Shown one piece after another: positions 10,039 through 17,446 of a stretch of 17,446 nucleotides of DNA. This stretch comes from Oopsacas minuta. Taxonomy: Eukaryota; Animalia; Porifera. Position numbers and translations under genes: made by a program. Position 1 is the stretch's first letter. Every line of letters starts with the position of its first letter. The stretch is taken from the NCBI GenBank assembly GCA_024704765.1, contig JAKMXF010000097.1:7651-25096 (forward strand), written 5' to 3'. The notes under the pieces are model-generated. The model saw nothing but the letters and a program-made list of their open reading frames with translations. It searched no databases and was not told the origin of the DNA.

Positions 10039-10848
10039 CTGAATACCTGAATGACTACACAGATAGAAATCAAATTCTGTTGGATGAGTAATAGCCACAT
10101 CTACTGTAGTACCAGCTGGGATGTTACCAGATTTACCACATTGATCTTTCTTCTCTCAACAGAACAGATGGGTGTGGTGTCTCTTCTGGACGGTAACGAA
10201 TGTAATTCCAGGCTTGTAGTTAGCTTCTAGTTTACTACAAGCTTCTCTTACTGCTCTCCATTCTTGATTCAATACCTGTGACGTAAATAGACTCATTACA
10301 TCATAACTATCATACTTTCAACCCTCTCAGAATCTTGCAATTTACAAGAAATTTGGGAAAGATTTGCAATTATCGTACTTGATTCCCCAAATAATCGCCC
10401 AAAATGCTATTCATGAAAAATTTTTGAAATTCCGGGAAATGATTATAGAGGTTGATAAGAATGTAAGATATAAAAGTAGTTGAATCGAATACTGAACATA
10501 ATTAGTTTGCATATTTGGATATCCCAAAAGGTATTGCAGAGATTTTAACAAGGGGGACAGGGACCTAGGGTCAAATCAAATATTCCATTGTTATTGTATA
10601 TAGTATATTCTTATAGTTAAACGGCGATAACAACATAGCATGACTGTACTGACCTGTTGAAATTGTCCTTCACTGACTCCATCCCGATAGAATATAATCC
10701 TCTGAGGCTTAAACCTGGCAAATTTGTAGAATTAAATCAATAGATCTCGGACCATAGCAGCTGACTCTGTTATAATCTTTGGTCTGTGTTGCTGTACACG
10801 GACTGAAGCACTGTAACGACTAGGACGAGCGTCCATACTTCCAACCAA
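10039..10848 (-). pseudogene. AGO: Argonaute PIWI-domain exons, copy 2, with two in-frame stops
   Basis: Exon 10848..10654 (65 codons) reads [64 protein letters not shown]|GT, with TAA at 10734-10732. Intron 10653..10276. Exon 10275..10039 (79 codons) reads [54 protein letters not shown]...SHSGIQ|GT, with TGA at 10158-10156. The last two exons are deleted. Confidence 0.95.
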
Positions 10849-10946
10849 CTAACAATACAAGAAAGAGTGTAAATAGGAATTGAAATGTTATAACGGGTAT
10901 TCGGACTCAGCCACTTCTGACTTGTTGAATATTGGAGAGAATAATA

Positions 10947-11049
10947 CAGGTAACAGTGGATACAGGTAGCAGTGGATACAGGTAACAATGGATACAGGTA
11001 GCAGTAGATACTGGCAGCAGTGGATACTGGTCGCAGTGGATACAGGTAC
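10947..11049. repeat. 16-bp minisatellite, ~6.4 units (paralogue of 2441..2735)
   Basis: 6 full units plus CAGGTAC with matching flanks. Confidence 0.95.
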
Positions 11050-11322
11050 CAAGGGCATCTATGGTATGCCAGTTATAAGAACCATGGATATTTACTAACC
11101 TAGGAGGGACGATAAGACTACGATAAGACCTACCCGGTCAAATTATATTGCTCGCCTTTATATCAATAAATGTAGTGATTTGTTGAATAAGAATTTGGTA
11201 AATACAAACATTTTATTTTGTATTTTTCCCTAACTTTCTTTTCTTAGTTTCCGTCTTTACAAATCGTGTATAGGTGAGAACATGTGTAGCATTGTGGCTA
11301 AGGAGTATGGGAGTTGGGATTC

Positions 11323-12465
11323 TCAGGCTCCTGAAGACATTCTTGGACCCACTGCGTCGCTGTGCCGCCAGAAAACAGCAAAGCTCGTCCTCTTTGCTTT
11401 CTTGTAGGAATTGGAAGATTCCTGTTAAGACATTAAATCTTTAAGTGACGCCTTAAGTAATTTCCTAGCAACCGAATCATTTCGAGGAATTTGAAGAGTA
11501 TTAGCCATTTTATGACAATCATGTGAGTTATCAAAATATAGGACAGCTCCGTGGAGACCTCTGGACGCAATGTTTCCAATGTAACCACCCAGATCAATGG
11601 GATGTAACCATAAGGAAATCTGTCTTTTGGACAAGAAGGGTAGATCTGTCCTGTCCGTGAATGATTGTCTCTGCTTGGTTTCCAGAATATTCCTCTCATA
11701 GTTTAGGGAACGGAGAGCAAACATTCCCTACTGGAGACGATTCCTGTGGGAACTCTCAACCATTCCTAAACTGGTCCTCAGTTCCTTCTTAGACAGATGT
11801 TCTAGCACCATTCCGTCTACACAGCATTGTCTTGAAATACCAGGAAGGTAAATAACAACAAATACACGTGTTAACTAACAAGTAAATAACAACAAACCTG
11901 AAAATATTGCTGTACTGAGTTAGACCCAGAGAAGGCAGCCAATGAGAAGTTATCCATTCGTGGTTAACAGCTCTGTAGGTGGAGTGCAGACAAGGGGTAC
12001 TAGATTTAGAGAGAGCTGCCCTCTCTTGGATAGCACTCATGGGGTTGAGTCTCAGGAGAGGTTGTAGTATTCCCAGTTCTTGTTCGTAGTCCCTCTTGTC
12101 CATTGACCGGAGCATAGGAACTGTTTTACATTGCAATCTGACTGCATCTCCCACTGACTCCGGCAAACCCCTGCTCCACCTCTACTCACGCCTGAAGAGC
12201 CTCTGGAGATCATAACAGGAATTGTGTGTTCTCTCTTTCCACAAATGAGATTGAGGCCTGTAGTCTAGCTAGTCTCCCTTCTGGCGCCTCACACACACCT
12301 ACAGAAGAGGGATCTCTTTTGTACCCGGGGACTTAGTTCCCCTAAAGGAACTGACTATCTGTCGGGTAGAGGATTTCCTCTTGAGTGATTTCTTGCGGGA
12401 GCGGGACATGTAGAGCTTGGGAGCTACTGGCTCCAATTCTGTCCTCTCAAAGAGGGACTCATCCA
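11323..12465 (-). pseudogene. PPFIA: Liprin-alpha-like triple-SAM region, two exons, copy 2, disrupted
   Basis: Exons 12465..11898 and 11830..11323. Contains NHEWITSHWLPSLGLTQYSNIFR|QCCVDGMVLEHLSKKELRTSLGMVESSHRNRLQ*GMFALRSLNYER...SRGLHGAVLYFDNSHD...LQIPRNDSVARKLL. Lesions: TGA 12188-12186, +1 frameshift at ~12165-12167, TAG 11730-11728, premature TAA 11427-11425. Confidence 0.87.
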
Positions 12466-12756
12466 CTATATGTCAGTAATCAGATATTGTGGTAGCGGTT
12501 ATTTACAGTAGTGTTCGCCTAATAGCAATATTGCTCAATAAGTAAGTTACTTTTAGCCCCTAAGTGAGTATTTCTTGTATATTTTGTTCCTCTAATAGCA
12601 AGTTAGCTTATTAGTTACCAAATTCCGTTCAAAATGCGACTTGTTATTACTCAAACACCACAGATAATGCATATTGATTACACTGTGCTTTATAGTGTAT
12701 TCTAAACAATATACTAAAGTAGTATTACGAATGGAAATATCAAAGAGTTCAAATAT

Positions 12757-13296
12757 TCATTTAAATTTTCGTGATCGGGTTATCGGTCCTGTAGATTGCT
12801 TAGGTGTTTGTGTGATTTTAGAATTCACATTTCTACAACAATCAGGCATTGGTACAATATTCTTGGAGCGGATAGATCCTTGCCTAATTAAAGCATCTAA
12901 ATTATCTTTCCCCTCAACCATCACCATGTACCTCTCAACTCTCCCAAGAGAATTGCGTTTTCCCAATTTCAATTTGGCTCTCTTGGGAGTCTTTAGAGGA
13001 GATGAAAAGGTAACCTCCTTGATATTATAATTCCGAAACTTCCCTTTACCTCTGAGCGAAGACGTAAATGTTCTCATCTCATTTTCCTTTCGATTCCTCT
13101 CCCAAACATCCACTACTTCTGGGAATGAGTTCCCCAGCGAGTGGAGCTCATCTATTCGTATTGTGAGGAACTCTTTGGGTAGAGTCAACTTCAATCGAGT
13201 CATTTTGTCTTCAAAATCTTGAATGAGAGACATGAAGTCCTGCTCCAGATCTTTCATATGTCTCTCTCCCTCAAGAATAAATCTAGAACTAAACAA
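12757..13296 (-). CDS. Borealin/CDCA8-like protein (N-terminal helical motif), 5' end uncertain
   Basis: 179-codon open frame. FILEGERHMKDLEQDFMSLIQDFEDKMTRLKLTLPKEFLTIRIDELHSLG resembles the Borealin N-terminus [50 protein letters not shown]. Basic S/T-P-K tail. Candidate acceptors (TTTAG) lie just upstream. Confidence 0.5.
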   Translation of the reverse strand: MFSSRFILEGERHMKDLEQDFMSLIQDFEDKMTRLKLTLPKEFLTIRIDELHSLGNSFPEVVDVWERNRKENEMRTFTSSLRGKGKFRNYNIKEVTFSSPLKTPKRAKLKLGKRNSLGRVERYMVMVEGKDNLDALIRQGSIRSKNIVPMPDCCRNVNSKITQTPKQSTGPITRSRKFK

Positions 13297-13494
13297 TTGT
13301 TTGATGTGAGTTTGCTAAATTTAGAGAAATAATATATTCATTAAGATGGTTTATTGGTTTATTATGTGTTCTATGTAGGGACAGTTTATATTTTCGAACA
13401 CAGTTTCCGCTAATCTGACTAAGTAAGTTACAACACAAGACAAGACATGTATTCTATATATTAAATAAATAATACTGAATATTCAGTCAGTTCC

Positions 13495-14759
13495 CTAAAA
13501 GAATTGTAGACAATTAGTATTCTTATGACACGCAACTATAATGTGTCCTGTGCTGTCTAGTGCTATTCCACATGGATTAATGAACTCCCCGTTACCCTGA
13601 CCTTCCTTCCCAAACTTGTGTATCTGTTCTCCTTCCTGATTGAATACGTACACACAGTGATTATTGTAGTCACTCATAATGATGTTATAGTCTCTGTCTA
13701 TGTCGAAACGTAATGGAAAGTTTGTTTGTTTACCATCACCTCGAGTTATCAGTCTGTTGGTTAGAACGTGATCTGAATTGAACACAAACATACACGGACC
13801 ACTATCATCTAGCACCAATACTCTGTCTCTTGTAACCTTGACGTCACGTGTATACTTAAACAAGTCTATTCCTAGCATGGAATGGAACTTGAGTTCTTGA
13901 GTTAAGATTTGAACTCTTTTATTCTGAAAATCACATACGTACACATTGCTATTTCTATTAGAGACATCTAGACCCAGTGGAACGTCAAACTGAGCTTCTC
14001 CATTCCCTTTACTGCCAACACTCTTGATTAGTTTTCCTTCTAGCTCGTACTTATTAATGCAATGACCATACAATTGTATAACAAACACTTTATTTTGAAA
14101 TATACAGATTCCTATTGGTCGGTTCATCTTCTCACTGAACATGAAGAGATAGTCACCGTTACAGCTAAATACTTGCACACGATTGTTGTCACGATCCGCT
14201 ATGTAAATATTTCCAGTTTGGTAATGTACTGCTATATACCTCTGGGATTGTTCAGTTCTCCTGGAGCTTTGTTGACTGATCTCTTACAGCAGTAAGCAAT
14301 AGGCAGCTGTTTAGCCTTGTAGTTAGGTACAACAGGCTTCACTTGAGGAGGGAAGGTGCGGGTGGGAGACAAGTTAGTCTGACTGTTAAGCTTAATGCTC
14401 CCTAGCTGTTGTATCTCAGTCTCGAATTGATCGTTCCATTCAAATGCAATACTACTGTCTGTATCAGCTATTAGTTCTGCTATCTTCTTGTTGATTACTG
14501 ATATCACTCCATCTAGCGTGTCTTTCAGTTCGTTATCTGTTAATGTATCTGTTGTCATTGATTTATTTGCATTCAAAGTGTCAACTAATTTATTCATTTT
14601 CTGAGTTTTGTTATTATAATCTTTCTCGATTTGATCAATACGAGAGAGGAGGATACTCTCTCTGAGTTGTAGAGCTTCATGCGACCTCTGGAAGCAGTCT
14701 CTAATCTTACTTCTACTCTCTTTTATCTGTTCAGGGAAATTTGTTTGTTTGCTAGCCAT
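13495..14759 (-). pseudogene. Intronless coiled-coil + NHL-repeat beta-propeller protein (TRIM71/NHL-like, no RING/B-box), split by a 2-bp frameshift
   Basis: ATG at 14759 (MASKQTNF...) coiled-coil ORF runs into GELNNPRGI*. Removing TA at 14234-14233 restores GIAVHYQTGNIYIADRDNNRVQVFS and joins ORF 13495..14178, which has NHL repeats (FDVPLGLDV..VYVCD, FINPCGIALDSTGHIIVA). Confidence 0.9.
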
Positions 14760-15070
14760 CTGATACAATTGAAATATATAAGTTTCGTTTAACTATAGTA
14801 ATTTTGTAATATACTATTTATAGCTGTAAGAAGAGGTCCAATTACTTAAGTACTGAGCATATATGCAATGACATTTGATATAGTAATAGTGTTACTTAGT
14901 TAACATTTCCTCAAAGTTGTATACTCAACAGAAAGATTGCTAATCAACTTTGTATCTATTTTAACTTGTATCAGACATCAACTAAGCCCTAGTTAACTGC
15001 TCAACAGCTGGAGTCGCGTGTATAGTTAGTACAAGAAAACTCTGAGTTTCTTCAATAAGAAATACTAAGA

Positions 15071-15151
15071 CATTGGTTCTCAACCTTTTTTCTCCCACGG
15101 ACATCTTTGGTCCATTTTATGGGGTCGCGGACCCCAAGTTGAGAACCACTG
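15071..15151. mobile_element. 81-bp hAT (Charlie-type) MITE
   Basis: Ends are CATTGGTTCTCAAC and GTTGAGAACCACTG (13/14 inverted match). The 8-bp flanks TACTAAGA / CTCTAAGA match 6/8 as a TSD. Internal hairpin GGGGTC-GCG-GACCCC. Confidence 0.8.
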
Positions 15152-15361
15152 CTCTAAGACAACATCGAGTGGGTGTGTGATAAGTTGACCTAAATATGAG
15201 ATATAAGTTGACCGAAAAAATAGGTACGACCTGCTGTAGAACTTAAAGTTGTATGCTCTTAAACTACGAGGCCCTTTCAGTTTCGATTTTACTACACTTC
15301 TCTATATCACCACCATTAAAATAAAGTTACTACCACACTAGTGTATCACGGTCTTACATTA

Positions 15362-15599
15362 TCGTAAACTGGGGCTACTTTGGCCCACTGGGTTTGCTTT
15401 AGCCCAAATATCAAAGTTCAAAGCAACTAGATTAGATTCAGTATTATACTTGAATATGACTTGCCAGATTTTTAACGAATTTTCAAATATTGGTAGTAGA
15501 CAATTTCGAATACAAATACAATATCTATTCGATACGTAAGCAAATTTCAATATTTGGGCTAAAGCAAACCCAGTGGGCCAAAGTAGCCCCAGTTTACGG
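15362..15599. mobile_element. 238-bp Tc1/mariner-pogo-type MITE
   Basis: 50-bp TIRs at 15362..15411 and 15550..15599 (49/50 match), flanked by TA on both sides (15360-61, 15600-01). AT-rich non-coding core. Confidence 0.9.
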
Positions 15600-16199
15600 T
15601 ATTTATTGTATTTATACTTATCACATAGATACAGTGGAACTCGGATTGTATTATAAGTAATTAAAATTTGGTTTGAAAGATGTATGTGTTAACCAAGTGA
15701 TCCGAAACTGACAGTAAAACCAAAATTGGGAAGTCGAAAAAACATGATTAGACGAAGTGATAATGTATTCTATTCCTGTATGATTATTTTTCCCTATCAT
15801 TGCTCGTTAATTCAGGTGCGAGAATATATGTGAATATTCTTTCATTTTCAATGCCAGTAGTCTGCCAAGGCTGGCTACGCCACCAGGCAAATCCTAATAT
15901 GTAGTCAACTGATCGAATGTTCGGATGTTAAGTGTAATATTTGTATTATTGTTGTTGTTATTGTTATATTGTATTGTGGAAATAGCAGATACAGACTTCC
16001 TGTTATAAATATTTCGTATTTTCTAGTACAGGTCAAGAAATCGTGGAATCTAAAGATGATAATGTGAGTTAGATACACGATAAATACTTAATAGGAAATT
16101 AATATGACTCCTTTATTATAAAAGTATTGAATTTATTTTACTTTATTATTCTATTATTAGAATGGAATTAAATCGCTTTTGAATTGCAAATAATGTTCA

Positions 16200-16331
16200 G
16201 CATACGATATAACCGATGAAAAAATATGTTACGGTTTGGGGCCATATTGTAGAATTCGGGACACTCGTTATACATAGATATTTCGAATTTTGAATTTATA
16301 TATCTGAGTTGGATATAACGGGATTTGACTG
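16200..16331. mobile_element. Possible degenerate Tigger/pogo-like right end
   Basis: GTTGGATATAACGGGATTTGACTG (reverse complement CAGTCAAATCCCGTTATATCC) with repeated GATATAAC/CGTTATA motifs. No matching left TIR was found. Confidence 0.3.
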
Positions 16332-16952
16332 AAGCAGATATATTATGCCAGCAGGATTATAATTTATGCAAAGCTAAGCCTTGTAATAATACTTTTAGAC
16401 AGATTCAAATCGCGTTTGAGATAGCTGAATTGGAAGCGCAACAACGATGTTGAAGATTCCAGTAAGAATTTAACAATTTTGTATTTTTATGTAACAAATT
16501 TGATCAATAGTGTTAACCCAATATATTTCATGTTTTCTTCTGGAATATTCTACTTTATTTATAATTTTTATTATTAATTATTTTTTGAAGGTTTGTGCTA
16601 ACTTAGGGATGGATAGTTCTGTACTAATTTCATTATTAACGATTCATCGTGCGTAGTATCAATTCGCCAGGGCTGTCTATCTGTAATTCCTGCGATTTCT
16701 AACAATGAAATAGAATTTCTCACTAGTTATCATATCTATATTATTAAATCTCAATTGTTGTTTGTCCGTTGCCAAGGAAAGGATTTACGTTATGCAATTT
16801 TGAAATTGCCGCATAACTATGCATTTATCGTGTTTACCAAAGGAGTAAATAGCTTTTGCACTAGCACAAGATAACTATCTCGTATGTGAGGCTAGTGTAG
16901 ATGAGGAACTCTCTCCATCGTTTAAGTGGCTAATAGATGGAATCCTTTGCAG

Positions 16953-17446
16953 GTGAATATAATGCCTTATCACCGCTATAAATATACTGAGAGTGATCAT
17001 CCTCCCATTTATCCCTCCTCCTCTCCCACTCTCTCTCCTCCTCGTGTTAAACAACAAGCTCGTGCTCGTATCAATGAGGTGAGTAAAGAGATTGATACTC
17101 TTAAGCTGGAACGGTGGGCAGATGCTAAAACTAGTGTTACTCAAGAGGTATTTCCCGTCTAATAACCTCTCACATGTAACTAGATAGCTAAATACCTTAT
17201 GAATGTTATTCTAAATATTTTGTCATTTAGAAATTCGCGGAATCTCTGAATATGAGCCCTTCTTCTCGAGCTAGTTCTCCTGACAGAATACAACAAGAAG
17301 TACATTATGCTTATCTAATTTGTTTGTAGATATGACATATAATGATGACTTTTCCTTACAGTTATGCGAGAAAGAGAAAGAACTGGAATCTGTTGAAAAT
17401 GAACTAACTACTCTCAGACAGAATAATATAGAATTAGACAGTCAGT
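16953..17446 (+). CDS. Multi-exon coiled-coil protein, partial (continues beyond the window)
   Basis: Exon 16953 (after CTTTGCAG; in-frame ATG at 16962) to 17147|GT, exon 17231..17299|GT, exon 17362..>17446 after TTTTCCTTACAG. All are phase 0 and splice to ...KTSVTQE|KFAESLNMSPSSRASSPDRIQQE|LCEKEKELESVENELTTLRQNNIELDSQ. Confidence 0.75.

Larger units (their letters stand above)
9110..12661. repeat. Segmental duplication, copy 2 (partner 1..4364)
   Basis: Same AGO, minisatellite and liprin blocks in the same order. It lacks copy-1 571..1634, has 10270..10733 that copy 1 lacks, and carries 11099..11297 inverted. The left boundary may extend to ~8905. Confidence 0.95.

Noticed and set aside
1-12661. 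Duplication as an uncollapsed allelic haplotig
   Set aside because: Not favoured, because the copies have different upstream genes, kilobase-scale indels, an inversion and ~6% exon divergence. It is not fully excluded given the N at 7969; read depth and long reads would decide.
12674-14295. Plus-strand ORFs 12674..13030 and 14062..14295 (likewise 3928..4116, 4822..5034, 7101..7283, 16875..17144, 1447..1761, 11433..11699)
   Set aside because: Antisense or alternate-frame shadows of better supported coding regions, with no motifs of their own.
13495-14759. Functional link between the NHL gene and AGO (TRIM71/Brat-type miRNA cofactors)
   Set aside because: The AGO copies are dead fragments, this NHL protein lacks RING/B-box, and adjacency in a rearranged region is not evidence of function.
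1-14800. Helitron termini (5' TC, 3' hairpin + CTRR) bounding the mosaic
   Set aside because: No consistent TC start at 4364/12661 and no hairpin-CTAG end at 6795/8905 or after the AGO stop. The mechanism is left unassigned.
15160-15790. ATAAGTTGACC direct repeats (15180-15212) and TA-CAGTGGAACTCGG (15632) as further pogo/Tigger elements
   Set aside because: No matching opposite termini were found, so boundaries cannot be supported.
16865-16952. Ig-like reading YLVCEASVDEELSPSFKWLIDG
   Set aside because: Only ~29 codons bounded by stops. The CTTTGCAG|G that ends it fits better as the acceptor of the downstream in-frame exon.

Overview
AT-rich eukaryotic (metazoan) genomic DNA with short GT-AG spliceosomal introns. 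It is not prokaryotic, and there is no CRISPR array or rRNA/tRNA that I can see. The coiled-coil + NHL gene resembles a family I associate with glass sponges such as Oopsacas, but that taxon guess is inference. About 1-14.8 kb is a minus-strand mosaic of gene pieces built around a diverged segmental duplication (1..4364 vs 9110..12661; ~6% different in the one exon I counted). Each copy carries decayed 3' exons of an Argonaute (PIWI domain) and the triple-SAM end of a liprin-alpha-like gene, separated by a 16-bp minisatellite. The two AGO copies lost different parts of the PIWI domain by deletion and only together rebuild its C-terminal half. Upstream of copy 1 is an alkaline ceramidase (ACER3-like) start fused mid-exon to a Tousled-like-kinase-like fragment. 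Upstream of copy 2 are a Borealin-like ORF and a coiled-coil+NHL gene with a 2-bp frameshift. The right end has small hAT- and pogo/mariner-type MITEs and three exons of a plus-strand coiled-coil gene. All protein identifications are by-eye motif recognition; no database searches were run.
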